In this document: piece after piece, positions 11,638 through 24,980 of the stretch | Layout: every line of letters starts with the position of its first letter | Numbering within the stretch: position 1 is the first letter of the stretch | NCBI GenBank assembly: GCA_013265495.1 | Contig: MU058844.1 | Coordinates: forward strand, 3,295,819-3,359,818 | Source of the DNA: Vicugna vicugna | Taxonomy: Eukaryota | DNA: 64,000 bases | Direction of reading: 5' to 3' | The notes under the pieces: generated by a model | What the model was told of the DNA's origin: nothing | The model's database searches: none | What the model saw: the letters and a program-made list of their open reading frames with translations, nothing else | Position numbers and translations under genes: made by a program

Positions 11638-12439
11638 TTTTTCAGATGCATCCCATTCCAGATTAGCTTTTTCTGCTACTTTTGTAAGCCCAAAGCTTTC
11701 TTTTAGAAGCTTCGGGTTACTAAAAAGTCCTGTGGACCCCTTATTTCTTTTATGTGTTTTACCTCTATGCTTTATCCACATAACACAAGCCTGGCATCAT
11801 TTTTACAGTCAATTCACAGCTAGATATTTTCCTTATTTGCTTGAGCCTGTATGCAGTTTCCCACATGAATCACTGTACTACGTTTTCACTTGGTTATTCG
11901 GCAATGTGTTCTCGGATAGAAGGTGGTCATTTTTCAGCTGTTCAGTTGCTAATGTAGTAACTGCACCTTCTCCAAACTATTTTTTTTCTTACTCTTTACC
12001 TGCTAAGTTTATTCTTTATACTAAGCATGAGTAACTGCTGCTCTGTTGATTCCTTCCTCATCCCCCAGCCTTTCCTAGCCTACTAATTTTCCTGTTGGCT
12101 ACCTCACTCCTGCTCTGTCACTGACTGAGAAGCAACATGGCTTTGCCTCCTTGGCATTTCAGTACCTTGGTGCCTAATCCTGAACGCCTTCAGCTTCCCC
12201 GTATGCTCACAATCTTGCTGGTGACCCCTCTCACACTCATCTCTTGGTTTTCCTCACTGATGCTCAAACCGACCTTTAATTTGTCCCTTACTCTTTGAAG
12301 GATCATTCCTCATTGTATTTTTTCCAAACTTCTCATATTTTTCTCAGAGCAAGGATTCAGGGTGTGGTTTGTCTGACTCTAGAGCATAACTGTCACTGTC
12401 AACCAAACCTGTACTGTGTTCACGCATTTTAACAGACAT

Positions 12440-12835
12440 CTGCCTGACCTTGTATTTTTATTATGGGTTTTTGGTCCCAAAGAATGGGATTTCACATCTG
12501 TCTGTATTAAACTATTATGTTAGTCAACTCATATCACTTTGACTCCTAATTTTATCATCTAGTTTGTTCTTAATCCTCAGTTTAATGCTGCTCAAGACAG
12601 TGACTAGCTTTCCTTCTACTCCTTTATAGAAACCACTGTTTTACAACAAAACTGAAAGACGTAAACAAGACAGGCAACAACCCTTTGCCTCACTCTTCAA
12701 AACCACCACCAGGTTGATATTAATGCTCTTTTAATCCAGTCATTGAACCAATCAGGTCAGCTAATTCAATGTTCTGTCGTCCTGCACACAAATAGCCATC
12801 ACATGCAAAGTAGGTGTCTTGTTGAAATGCTGTCA
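12440..12835 (-). mobile_element. L3/CR1 LINE RT-region fragment
   Basis: tttttggtcccaaagaatgggatttcacatctgtctgtattaaac...aaacaagacagg...ccaggttgatattaatg resembles antisense L3. Confidence 0.6.
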
Positions 12836-13411
12836 ACTGTGTTTCCTGTTTTGCTACAAATATTTCTTGGTTTCAATAACTTCTGTCAGTTTCTTGATTT
12901 TTCACTGTTATTCCCCTAGTCTGCTCCTCCTTTATCTCAAGCCCACACACGTAAGTTTTGACGGTTTTCTCCACATCCGTATCTTCTTTTCTCTCCCATC
13001 ATCAGTCAACCTGACACATAATCCAAAATCTTCCTGAATCAGCACTTTGCCCCCATCATCCCTCCTCTTCTCAAAAAATAAGTAAATACCAAATTAAAAA
13101 CAGTAACAACACACGTTAAGTGGCTGTTTATTTGCTCCTTAACAACCCTTTGGCCTCATGTGGTTTTCACCCGCCCTCTCTCCACTGCTCTGCACACTCT
13201 TCCTGTTTCTGTCCCTCTGCTGTGGATTCCTCCTTGAAGGCTCTGTGTTCCTGGCCCCCTTTGTCCTTTATACCTCCTCATAGTGCATGTACCACCGACC
13301 TTCCCTACCCTCCACAGGACAGACGAGGGAGAAAGACCGAAGGGTGCTTTGTTTGGAGGAAAATCACTCCTTCAGAAGAGGGTGCTGAGGTCCAAAGATC
13401 TCTGAGCTTTA

Positions 13412-13620
13412 AGGGAGAGGTAGTATGATGTCAGAAGAGGGTTTGCCTAGGAGTCAGACCCGGGGTCTGGTCCCAACCCTGCCTTGTGCCAACTTTTAAT
13501 ACCTTGAGCCCTCATGTTCCTCAACAGGATTGTGACTATCCCGATTCCTCCCCTGCCTTGGATGTTCAGGTGAACTCCGATGCATGAAACCACTTTAACA
13601 ATTGTAAAGGGCAGTGCAGG
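13412..13620 (+). mobile_element. MIR SINE
   Basis: taggagtcagacccggggtctggtcccaaccctgcc...gatgcatgaaaccactttaacaattgtaaag. Confidence 0.65.
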
Positions 13621-14082
13621 CTGGCACTGTTGACTCAGTAGCAACAGAAACAATCCTGTGAAGAGCTGTTCCTGCTTCTCCCTATAAATTTGGTTTAAAT
13701 AGAAAATTGCAGAGTTGAAAATTGTCCTTAAATCCCAGCTGGTTTAGAAACACCCAAGGCTTTGTGAAGAGTACCCTGGAGAGCCATCTCACTAGAAATA
13801 ATAGTGTTTGCTTCCATTTCCTTTTTTTTTTTTTCTGTGCTTTTAGTCAATATAAACATTTTCCCCTTTAAAAAGAAGCATCTTGCTTGCCTCTTGCACA
13901 TCTTGGGGGGGGGGGTGGAGCTCAGATGAGTGGGCTAGTGACCCATTCAATTTTTTTTTTTTTTACTATGTTATCTCTTAACTGAACACCTCTAGTGGTT
14001 TGGAACCGTTAACCTAATTTTAATCGCTTTTTTGATCCTGGTCATATATATCCGTATTTCCATTATGGATCATGGGATAAGT

Positions 14083-14253
14083 CCATATTTCCTAAATTTG
14101 GCAGTACATTGGAATCACCCCGGGGAGCTTTAAAATGTACTGGTGCCAGGCTCCCACCCCCGAGTCATTGCAGTGGAGGGTGTGGCCTGGGCTTTGGGAT
14201 TTTTGAAACTTCCCAGGTGATCATACTATGCAGCCGAAGCTTGAGAACTACTG
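14083..14253. mobile_element. MER5A/MER5A1 (hAT-Charlie)
   Basis: cattggaatcaccccggggagctttaaaa...cccaggtgatcatactatgcagcc...ttgagaactactg. Confidence 0.85.
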
Positions 14254-15043
14254 GGTTAAACCAAGGGAACTACAATGCTGAAATGTAAAGAACATAAAAA
14301 GTAATAATTTTGTAAATTTGCCCTTCAGAAGGTTGTTCAGGACCAGAAGTTCTATATACTTGGACAAAATGCTTTTATAAAATTAGATTCTCTAGTACTT
14401 TAAAAATCAATGTTAAGAAGAGAAACTATAGTGTATAGAGGATTATATTGAATTTAGTTTTTAATTTACTGTGATTAAAAATGAACCTCAAATATATCTA
14501 AAATATACATTTTTGTGGAAATGTGTTTTGTAAGAAGTTAAAATCTCTATCTCATTATTTGAAAAACAAATTATGACCAACTTTAAAATAAGCTAATTGG
14601 TTTTGATGAAAGCAAAATGAAAGGATTTCAAATAATCAGGTCATGAAAATACTTTGTTTTTCAAATTCTAGTCCGTTTACAGCTACAGTCTCAAAATTAC
14701 ACAATATGCCATTTAAAATTTTTTTCTAGCATATTATGCTTTCTTGCATAGTTGAAAGTAAAGTATGTGTCACTTGACAGGAAAATGTAATTTTATGAAT
14801 ATTTAATATTAGATTAAAATATTTATAGTACACTAGGAGTATACTTCTTTAAAATAATTTTACATAAATCACCTTATACCTGAAAGAAATTACTAATTGA
14901 CTTTTTTCTAAGAATAAAAAATTACTCAAAAAAGGTTGGTTCCAACCATCCAGTTAGTTAATCCCTAAAAGATCCCATAACATTATCCAGCTGGTCGTCT
15001 GTTCCTATGCTTGAGTATTTCCAGCAATAGTTACAGTGCACAT

Positions 15044-15225
15044 GCTAACATTTATTGAGCCCCTTTTCTGGGCCACTTGCTCTTCTATTCTACCTCGGTA
15101 TGTCATTACAAGTCTATCACCCTTTTATAATAAAGAAACTTGCCCAAGGCCACACAGCTAGTTAACATCATCTGGGACTGAATCCAGAACTGTTCAACAG
15201 CCATACTCATAACCATTACAGCAAA
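15044..15225 (-). mobile_element. MIR SINE, probably within a decayed L3 fragment (~14930-15350)
   Basis: gctaacatttattgagc...aacttgcccaaggccacacagctagtta. Confidence 0.7.
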
Positions 15226-15669
15226 CTGTAAAGCCTCTTCAACTTGGTCCAGTCACTCCAAGGGTGAGAATCAGGATCATAACAAACCAGTTCTTCATGG
15301 AGTTTTCAGATACCTGAAGGCAGCTTGCATGTACCCAAAACAACATCCCTGTCCTTGCTTACCAGAGATACAGATCAGACATTTCTTTGAGGACAGCATG
15401 TAATAAACTGACTGATGGATAGGCCATCAGTAATTTTAAATGGATGAAGTAAGAGTTCTGAAGGAAAAAGGCTTCGCTCCATGATTTTACTAGCAACTCA
15501 AATGTTTAATAACAAAAGGCTCATTTATGTTTATTATAGCATATCTTCATGATAGAATAAGGAATCATTAAAAATGTAAAAAAGCAGTTTAAAAATTGTA
15601 CATACTTTTTATAGCCTGCTTTTTTCATTCTGTATTATATTGTAAGAATTACCATGTTAATACTTTAGA

Positions 15670-15840
15670 CTCAGTTCCTTAAAAGAATGAGTTATGTGAT
15701 TTAGGACATGTTATTTGTTCTCTATGAGCCTTATTTCATACTATAAATTGGGATAATAATATATCTGCCTATCTCTCAGGAGTTTTGTAATGATCAAAGG
15801 AGAGGAAATGTTAGGAAGTCCTAGCAAATAGCACAGCCTG
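15670..15840 (+). mobile_element. MIR SINE
   Basis: tgtgatttaggacatgttattt...ctatgagccttatttcatactataaattgggataataata. Confidence 0.7.
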
Positions 15841-15974
15841 TTAAAAAAAAAACAATTCAATAACTACTTTGTGATTGGATTGTGATAGTAAGAGCTTTCT
15901 TTAAAGGGATATTATTAGCAAATTATTTAATACATGCCGATCCCGGTACAATGAGGAAGGAAAGGTTGATATAG

Positions 15975-16458
15975 TATTATAGACTGGTAGCCTGTGAGCC
16001 CTGTTTAATCCATTGATGTGTTTCATTTGGCCAGAATAATGCCCAAAGGTTTGTTTTTGTTTTTGTTTTTGTTTGTTTTAAATGTTTTTAATTGATTGCC
16101 TGCATTGACAATTAGATTTCACTAAAAACATCCAGATTGGTGACATCTAGCAACATTAGACCCTGATTCCCATATGGTAACAATAGCTTGGTGCTTTATC
16201 TACCCTCTCTGGTTTGCCACAGTCTCCACCACTCCCTATGGCTCCACACCACTGTCTTTATCAGTATTGGTGACCATTTATTACTGTTTCTCTTACAGTA
16301 AAACTAAAAGGAAAGTGAAATATTTTTATTGCCATCAAGTGTGGAATAATATAAGATTGATAAAGATTCACTTTCAAGAAAAAAATTTTCTCACTCTGGT
16401 CTTTTTCACTCATATCCGTTATCTGCCTGGCCCCATGGGCATATGTGTGGAACCTGTA
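15975..16458 (+). mobile_element. MER102/Charlie4a-like hAT element
   Basis: gatgtgtttcatttggcc...aaaaacatccagatt...gattcccatatggtaacaat...tttgccacagtctccaccactccctat. Confidence 0.75.
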
Positions 16459-19400
16459 GCCTATCATAAAATCCTAGACCTGTAACAAACCAGCACTTTG
16501 GGCCAGATAATCAGATCTCTTCATCATTGTATAGGTGGGTGAGTTCCCCTGAGAGATTGTGACTTGCCCAAGTTTCTAGTTAGAAACAAATCTAAGGCTG
16601 AACCACACATAGACTGTCTTATCTCTATGTATTTATTAGGCTTTTAAACGTTTTATTATTTTTGTCTTAATTTGTAAATAATGGAAATTAGTGTAAAGGA
16701 AATTCTCTTTAGAGTAAGCAAACCCTCCAAAACCTCTTCCCTCTACAAAACACATATGTAATTCATGGCTTTTTAAATGCATATTTTTAGCATTTTCTGA
16801 TAATGTCAAGAAACGTTTTAGTTCACTAAACCTTAGTTTTGTTGCAATGCTCGTGGCAAATTTAAAGAGACCATTTGAAAGGAATTGTATTTTGCATTAA
16901 TGGTTTTCCCTTTTTTCAAGAATGGAGAACCTGGCTAGAACTTGTCCTTGAAGGCAGTACAACCTTGCAGCATGTGTGTGGAGGTAGTCTTGGTGTTGGT
17001 TGTAGATTTGGTTTAGCATGCCAGGATGTGGAACTAGAAGACCCATGAATAATAACAGGTCCATGTATATCTATATAATGCTTTTAACTATGAATTTCAA
17101 GCTTCTTCTCCAACACATTACTTAATAGAAATAACAAACAACTGAGTTAAATTATTTTATTTTTCTATTCTTTTTCTTCCCCTCTCCAGTTTCTGGAAAG
17201 GGAAATAGCTCAAAGTCTTGAAGTTGCAAAGCAGATGACATGGGTAATTCACAACTGACCCTATACTGAGTAAGTGAGGCATTATTAGTATGTATAAAAA
17301 TATAAAGCTCTTTTGAGATTTATCATGTGACTAATTGAGTTAAATTGAAGATAGAACAAAAGAAAAATAGCTGGTAGTTTTATTAAAAAACTATTTTTTT
17401 AAGCTTTCTCTTTGGGAACATTATCTTCTATTGGATTTGAAACAATTTTCTATAGGAGATTTGGAATTATATTTGTAAAGAAACATTCCCAAATATAAAT
17501 AGCTTTGCTTTTTATTTCAAATTACAAGAATAATCCATGCTCATTAAATAAGGAAGGTATCTAATGATAGGGAAAACTACCCTTAACCCCATCACCCAGA
17601 CTTTAAATATTGGTGTACGTATTTAGATGCTTTTGTTCTGTGAGTTAATAACACAACTCCTTTCTTCAGAACTGTCCACAGTTGGAGGACTACATATTTT
17701 AAAAAGTTTGATGGATTTTATGAATAGCCTAATGAAATCCTAATTGCCAGGGATAATGTATATACCTAAAAGGAAAGGGATACCCACAAGGAAAAAAAAT
17801 CTACATAAATGAAGGTTGAGGTCTGGCCTATTGATCAGAGTGACCAGGCCAACTGGGGGAGGAGAGCAGAAGCCTTGAGGCTGTCCCTGAGAAGGAAAGA
17901 AGTGAACGGGAGAAGAGCTGTGTGGTTAAAGGCCCGGGCAACTATGCAGTAAAGGCCATCTCCCAAGAGGACTGTAGGATGAAAAAGCATTGTTACCAGT
18001 GGCCCAATCCCCTCTTCTATGGAACCCTTATAAACTGAGGCAAGGATGTAAGCAGAGAAGCCATTTCTCCATCAGTTAGAGAAAGAGATGGAGTGGAGGT
18101 AGGCTTAAAAGAAGAAGTTCAAATGGAAATAGTCCCAATTGGCGAGTGTGGAAGACCCAAGCCAACGACAGTGGGAGAGCAGGCCAGAGCAAGTCAGCAT
18201 TTACAGTAATAAGCAGTCCTGTTACCCTAATCACTTGAAGTGATGCTTTAAATTCTGGTCAGAAATCTCACTGGGTGTCTGTCTGTCCTGCACAGGGACT
18301 GTCCTTGGCAGAAGGGGTATCAAAACGAAAGAGACACAGTTCATTCCCAGGATCTGAGACTGAGAGGGGAACAGTTATGATAATGTGATAAGTGCAGTAA
18401 CAATGCCAAACAGCATATTCTGGAGGATTAACTCTCACAAGGCTGGAAATCCAGGGTTAAAGAATGTTTAGCAGAGAAATCCCCAGGGCAAGAAATTGAG
18501 AGATGGATGAAGCTCTGCCAGCCTAGAGAGACAGAGACAGTCCAGACAGAGAAAATAGCCGATACAAAGGAGCAGGGGAGACAGAGATGTTTTCACCATG
18601 ATTTACAAGCTCATCAGGTAAGCAGTAGTTCGGAATCTACTACCCTTTATGACTGATCGAATTACACATGTTTAAAATACAGTAAAATATCTCTCTGAAA
18701 CAGGCTAATGGAAAAGGCTTATCTTGATCAAATAGATTCTTGGAGATGTGGGATTATATTGCTTCTAAATATGTAGAGACATTCAGATGAGAGTAACTGT
18801 TGAATAATAAGAATTTTCCAAACTGACGATGAATGGCTTATAAATGTGTGCTTCTTAACATGCTCTGTTCCAGCATTTAAACCTTTTCCCTTACAGTCTT
18901 GATTATGCTATGAATTTGCTAAACTCACCTTCTTTTGCTTCTGTGTAAAGCTATAAATCAAAATAAATCCTGAATTTGAATAATTAATATTTATTGTACT
19001 ATTTTGTGCCCCCCACCCAATTTTTTGTTTTGTTACCAAAAAGACATTCTACTCTTTAGTGAATAGGTTTACCTAATAAATATTTCCTCATTTGATTTGA
19101 TTTGGTGACAGAAAGGACAAGAAGGTTTAAAGATAAATATCTTTAAAGTTATACCTTCACTGCCAACTGTGCAACTTCATGTGAAGATCTAACATAATTT
19201 AAAAAAAATAAATTCTCTGTCTTATGCCAACATAACTAATTCCATGAAGTTTGAATCATCACAAAACTAAAATTGTTTCATAATTTCTTTTAGCCAGTCC
19301 TTTTAAGTATACAGTACATTTTACTGTGTACTCAGTTGTATGGAATGTGGATGCAGCATCTGATTTAATATTTTCTATTTGGGCTGTTTACTTTGTAGTC

Positions 19401-20204
19401 AAACATTCTTCAAAAACATTTTCTTCTCCCCCCACATTTTCCGTCCGAGGCTGTCAGTTCCTATTTAGAAAGGTTAATTGAGATCTGGAGTCCCCAGGCC
19501 TCTGATACAGAAGCAGCTTTTGCTGGCCTTCAGAGTTTTCTTTGAATTTGTTGCCAGCTTTGATTCTACATGTAAGTATTTGCCTGAGTGGGTTAAGTTT
19601 TCTTTTTCCGCAAAGTTGGGGGGATTGAAGTTACCACAGTATAATTTATGATATGAGAAAACGAACCTTCATTTCTGCACACTTCTTTTGGCCAAATTCT
19701 TGGTTGTTGTCAAATGTGCAGATGTCTACATTACTGTTCTTCATTAAACTTTTAGCCTCCTTTGGAATCGCTGAGTCAACCAGGAGATAATGCAACACAT
19801 TTGCAGGAGCCCAGGCTGTTTTAATTAACTCCCCTTAATGTCACAGAGGAGGGTATGTCGGGTGAACCCTTTGCCATGACCCTTAACTCTTAAAGTGAGC
19901 ATCGTCTTGGGAAAGCCAGCTTGGAGCCACGGGCTTTGAAATGCTGACTTGTTTCTTTTTTACCTCTTCAAAAAGCAGAACCTGCTTTGGAATGTGGTGG
20001 AAATAACCCACCGCAGAAGAAATCATCTGTGAGCCGAAGAACTTGCTGCTAATGTTGGCTTTCTGCCACAGTGTCCTGACGGGAAGGAAGACACCCTGTC
20101 TTTTTCCAGCACCTCACTTCCTGTTTCCAAACAGAGGCCACCCTCCCAAGTTAGACCAGAGGAAGGGAGCTGACAGAGCCGTCCCTGGGCTCCCTCATCT
20201 CTGC

Positions 20205-20700
20205 CTGCACTGCCTAATAGGAATCTAATGTGAGCCACACCAGTGATTTTAAATTTTCTAGTAGCCACATTAAAAAAAGTAACAAGAAACAGATGAAATT
20301 CATTTTAATAGTATATTTTAACCCAACATACCTAAACTATTATCACTTCAACAGGCAATCAATAGAAAATTTATTAACAAGATAGTTTTCATTTTTTTTA
20401 ATTATCTTTAAAATCTGTTGTTTATTCTACATCTGGAGTGTATCTCAATTCAGACGTTAAATTTTCATTGGAAAAACATGTTCAGTTATTTCAATTTCAT
20501 AAAATTCACAGTTGAAAAATAGACTCACACGTTGTTCCAAGCGAACTAAAAATGCTTTTCCAATAGCTGAACCACGGATCAGTTTTTAAAAATTAATTGG
20601 AATTAAATAAAAGTATTCTATTTCTTAGGTGCACTAGCCCACATTTCAGGGGCTCAAGAACCACATGTGGCTGGCTGGTGACTTCCATACTGACCCTGTG
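20205..20700. mobile_element. Charlie1b/MER33-like hAT element
   Basis: aatgtgagccacaccagtgattttaaattttctagtagccacattaaaaaaagt...gcactagcccacatttcaggggctcaagaaccacatgtggct. Confidence 0.82.
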
Positions 20701-20716
20701 ACAACACAGAATCGTA

Positions 20717-20875
20717 ACCTTGCTACTTAAAGTGTGGTCTACACCCCGGCACCACCTGGGATCTTATTTGAACTGTAGAATCTCAGGCCTCACTCCAGAC
20801 TTACTGAATAAGAATCTAAATTTTAACAAGATCCCCAGGTGATTCATATGTACAATACAGTTAAGGAATCACTGA
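20717..20875 (+). mobile_element. MER5A
   Basis: ctacttaaagtgtggtc...gtagaatctcaggcctcactccagacttactgaat...ttttaacaagatccccaggtgattcatatgtaca. Confidence 0.88.
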
Positions 20876-20879
20876 TCTA

Positions 20880-21055
20880 TTTAACACACCAGGAAAATTA
20901 GTATTACTGCATCAGTTTTACAGATGGGTGTACTGAGGCTCAGAGAGGCTATATAATGAGCCTAAAAATCACAGAGCTAGTAAGTGTAGGAGCTAAAGTT
21001 CAAACTCAAATCTTGCCCATTTTTAAGCTCACGCTCTTTCTAGTATCTATCACTT
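20880..21055 (-). mobile_element. MIR SINE
   Basis: cagttttacagatgggtgtactgaggctcagagagg...tcacagagctagtaagtg. Confidence 0.8.
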
Positions 21056-21094
21056 AAAGCATGAAACAAGTACTACTTATGGTATGAAAGTTAA

Positions 21095-21384
21095 TTTTTT
21101 AATTTTTTTATTGAAGTATGGTTGATGTACAATATTACATAAAAGTTACAGTTGTACAATATAGTGATTCACAATTTTAAAAGTTATATTCCATTTATAG
21201 TTATTATAAAATATTTGCTGTATTCCCTGTGTTATACAATATAGCCATGTAGCTTATTATACCTAATAGTTTGTACCTCTTAGTCCCCTACCTGTATATT
21301 GCCCCTACCCCCATCCCTCTCCCCACTGGTAAGCACTAGTTTGTTCTGTATATCTGACTCTGCTTCTTTTTTGTTATATTCACT
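21095..21384 (-). mobile_element. Cetartiodactyl-type L1 3' end (5'-truncated)
   Basis: T-rich tail then ttattgaagtatggttgatgtacaatatt...tagtgattcacaatttt...ccctctccccactggtaagcactagtttgttct. Confidence 0.85.
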
Positions 21385-22059
21385 GAAATACAAAGTTTGA
21401 AGATTTGACCCTTTTCTACCCTCTTTTAATTTTTCTAATGAGGTCAAAGATCAAGTCTCTGTTTGGTGCCATTATGTTTTCAGTATCTAACACTTGCTAC
21501 AAGTGGGCCACAGCCTTGGAACCTTCAGTAAAGTATTTAGCTAGATCTTGATGCCTTTGTTTCCTTTCATTGTATTTATTCTTACTTTTGCCATCTATTT
21601 ATGACAAATGTTGCTGGCTTTCCCTTTACAGTAGTGATACATAAAGTAGATGTACTGCCATGAGACAGAGTGGTTATACATGTGAGTGAAGGTGGGGCAC
21701 AGACACAGCCACACGGGGAAGGAGGCATGGGGAGGACCGATGTGTGTAAAACACAGCGCTGGAGGAAGGTGCTGCCCAGAGCTTAAGATTTTAAGCACCA
21801 TGCTATATTCGTCACCTAATAGATTTGGGCCTAGGTTTGGAATAAAGACTCTTGCCTCCATTGTTGATGCTTGACACAGGCAGCTTTTAGGTCCCCCTTC
21901 TCTCTCTCTCTCTCTCTCTTTTTTTTTGCTCCACATCTAGACAAGCCTAATGGAAGCTGGTACCTTCCCTCTCCTGGTACCAGTGAGGAAGTCACTTCAT
22001 TCCACCCCTACCTCCTCACCACCCACACACACAAGCCACTCACCCCTTCCTTCTCTCCA

Positions 22060-23860
22060 CCAGTGGTCAGATCCTGGATCCTCATCCTGCTGCACTGAGT
22101 GACATCATTTGACAGCTGATGACTCTTTGCTCCATGACACACTTTTTTCATTTTCTTCCCAGACACAATACACTCTTGGTTTTTATTGTATTTTGATGGT
22201 TACTCCCTCTCAGCCTCTCTTTTTTTTTTCACTGATGCAAAATATTTATTCCAAGTTAGTTGTTTTATACAGTAGCCGTCCCCCTCAACAGATTTGTGAT
22301 AACCATATCTCTTAAATCTGTAATGTTATCGAAATAATCTTAATCCCTGAAATCTCACAAAAATTTATACTTTACAATCCACCTTGAATATCAAGGCTGC
22401 AAAAATAACACATTTCCTATATCCAAGTATTTTACAGCTGTACCCAAAAAGGAAAAAAAGGAAAAAAAACCCACATATGCTTGGTTAAGCACTAATGTTA
22501 CTGAGCTGCCAAAAATAAAATAAAATATCCAAAGTATTAGCATTAATTTAATACAATTATAACTTCCATAGTCATTTTTGTCATTGATGATGATTACTTG
22601 AGCACAGGGGTGAGTGCTCCAAGGGCTGGCAGTGGAAGCTGTTGCTGCAGACCAGGGTGTCCTCTCCACACTGCCCGCTCCCACCTGGGCATCACCCCAT
22701 AGATACCATGTGTGTGTGTTTTATAAATCTTTCCCACTACACAAAGTTCTCTCTATTAAGCAAGTAGCAGGGAAGAACAACAACAACAAAACCCATACAA
22801 GCCAGTCACTCTTTCTTTGGGATATGATTATTTCCCTTGTGCAAGAAGTATTTAACAATAACATAAGAAAAGGTAAAAAGAACCATTTCTTCTGTGTAAT
22901 CCCTAAGCACGCAAGCTGAGTTTACTGGGTCAGATTTAACTGCAAGCATTTATATGCCTACTTCCTGGCATCATCATCAGATGTTTCACTGCTACTGGTT
23001 TCTGTGTCCTCTCAGTCTCTTTTAATAGTTTCTTCTTAATGTTGGAGTGCCCCAGGGATCGGTCCTTGATTCTCTTCTGTATCTTTACTCACTTCCTTGG
23101 TGATCTCATTATCACCTGAAATACAAATCTATATGCAATCACATTCAAATGTATATTTCTAGCCCAGACTCCTTCCCTGAACTCCGTATTTGTATGCCCA
23201 AGGCTTACTTGACATCTCTACTTGGATGTCTAATAGACATCTGGAAACCAACATTTCCAAAAAAAAATATCCTCCTGATCTCTCCCCCTCATCCAGAGTC
23301 ATCTCAACTGATGGCAACTCCATCCTTGCTGTTTCTTAGGACAAACTTTGAAGTCATTTTTGACTTTCCTCTTTCTCTTATACCTCCTCTCCAATCCGGC
23401 AGGAAATTCTGTTGACTCTAGGAGGTGTTTGGAATCCAACCACTTTACACCACCTCCACTGCTATCACCCTGGTCCAAGCCACAACCACCACCTCTGTGT
23501 AGATTACTGCAGTAGCATCCTGACTGCTTTGCGTCTTTCTATCCTTGTCCCCTGATGTCAATTCTCAGTGAAGTGGCCACCATGATCATTTCAAAATATA
23601 AGTCAGATCATGTCCTTACTCCATACCCTCAAATGCTTACTCAAATCCTCAGTGTCCTCCAGGCGTCTTAAATCTATCCTCTCCATCCTCACCTTCTTGA
23701 CTCTCTTCATCACTCCTTCTCCTTTAGGTACCATGGCCTCCTTGCTGTTTCTTCAAAACACCAAGTATGGTCTCACTGTTAGACCTTTGCATTAACTGCT
23801 ACCCTGTCTGGAACACTCCTCCCACAGATAGACATGTGGCTGACTTCCTCAATTCCTCAG
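22060..23860 (+). mobile_element. L2 LINE interrupted by a retrocopy
   Basis: catttgacagctgatgactc...ccctctcag [insert] cctctcagtctc...aatgttggagtgccccaggg...ctagcccagactccttccctgaactcc...ccctggtccaagccac...taagtcagatcatgtc. Confidence 0.88.
22220..23007 (-). pseudogene. 5'-truncated processed retrocopy of an unidentified mRNA (possible last ~16 codons + 3' UTR + poly(A))
   Basis: T10 at 22220-22229; minus-strand AATAAA at 22245-22250; 16-bp TSD (22206-22221 and 23008-23023, 14/16 identical) ending at a TTTT/AA L1 endonuclease site; unique UTR-like interior; minus-strand (D)TETSSSETSDDDARK* ends at 22958. Confidence 0.85.
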
Positions 23861-24610
23861 AGTTAAAGTATAAATTCAATATATGTCAGTCCACACTGGT
23901 ATAAATAAATGAGGGAAGAGAGACACACATTCCGTACAGAAGAATTTCAAATGATACACGTAGATACTACCTCCTGCAGGAGGTGGAGTTTAGCCTCATC
24001 CTCTCTTTGAGTGTGAGGGTTAGACTTAGTGACTTGCTCCCAAAGAACAGAATATGGAAAGGGAAAAAAATAGCAATTTTACTTTGGAAAAACATGACAA
24101 ACATGACCTTAACCAGGTGATCAAAGTTAATATTGCCAGTGATATCACATGAGTATCTTTTACCTCCATGTATGAAAGTAACTTCACCTTTGTGGTATTC
24201 TTTCCAAAAAACCCATCCTCTCAGTCTAATCTTGAGAAAAACATCAGACAAATCCAGTTTGAGGGGCAATCTACAAAGTAACTGACTAGTACCCCTCAAA
24301 ACTGTCATAGACCCGAGGAGACTAAGGAAACATGAAAATAAATGCAAAGTGGGATTCTGGATTGGATCCTAGAATAGAAAAAAAAAAAGGTGGGGGAGAA
24401 CACATGAAAATAGTGATGAATCTTAATAAAGTCCAGAGTTTATTACTTATGAACTGATGTTAGTTTCTTAATTTTGACAAATGTACCACAGTAAGGAAGG
24501 ATGGTAACATTAGGGGAAACTGACACTGGGTGAGGGATGGACAGAAACTCTGTACTTCGTTTGCAACTTTTCTGTAAATCTAAAATTATTCCAAAGTAAG
24601 TTTTATTTAA
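23860..24610 (+). mobile_element. L1MD-like 3' end
   Basis: gacttagtgacttgctcccaaagaacagaatatggaaaggg...ccttaaccaggtgatcaaagttaa...ttctgtaaatctaaaattattccaaa. Confidence 0.85.
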
Positions 24611-24699
24611 GGCGATATAGCTTCATGCAGGCCTCCTTTCCCTCCTTCTCCCTCTCCTCTCTGGCTACACCAGCTCTTAGAGCCCAGTTAAGAGCTGTA

Positions 24700-24980
24700 A
24701 GGACATCCAGTGTACACGGAGGCATCTGGTGCAGACGTTCCAGCTGACCGTCCCAGGCGCAGTTTCAAACGATGGCCTGCATCAACCAGTGGACACACGT
24801 GTGAGGAAGCCGCTGGGATGAGTCCAGCCCCGGCCGCCATCGCACTGCGCCTGCGCGGGAGGCTCTACGTGAGGACGGCGTCGACTAGCCGCGTCAGCCC
24901 GCAGACGACGACGAGCGACAGTGGTAAAAAGAGACGTACTGTTTTACGCTAAGTTTAGGGTGGCTTGTTACACAGACTAC
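24700..24980 (+). mobile_element. MLT1H-like MaLR LTR (3' half), CpG-rich
   Basis: gcatcaaccagtggacacacgtgtgaggaagcc...tccagccccggccgccatc...gttttacgctaagtttagggtggcttgttacacag follows the MLT1G/H 3' half. Confidence 0.7.

Noticed and set aside
22391..22919. ORFs inside the retrocopy (97 and 101 aa)
   Set aside because: They lie in the UTR-derived part and have no coding features.
24710..24952. 80-aa ORF in the CpG-rich segment
   Set aside because: GTG start, inside an MLT1H LTR; high GC content lowers stop-codon frequency.
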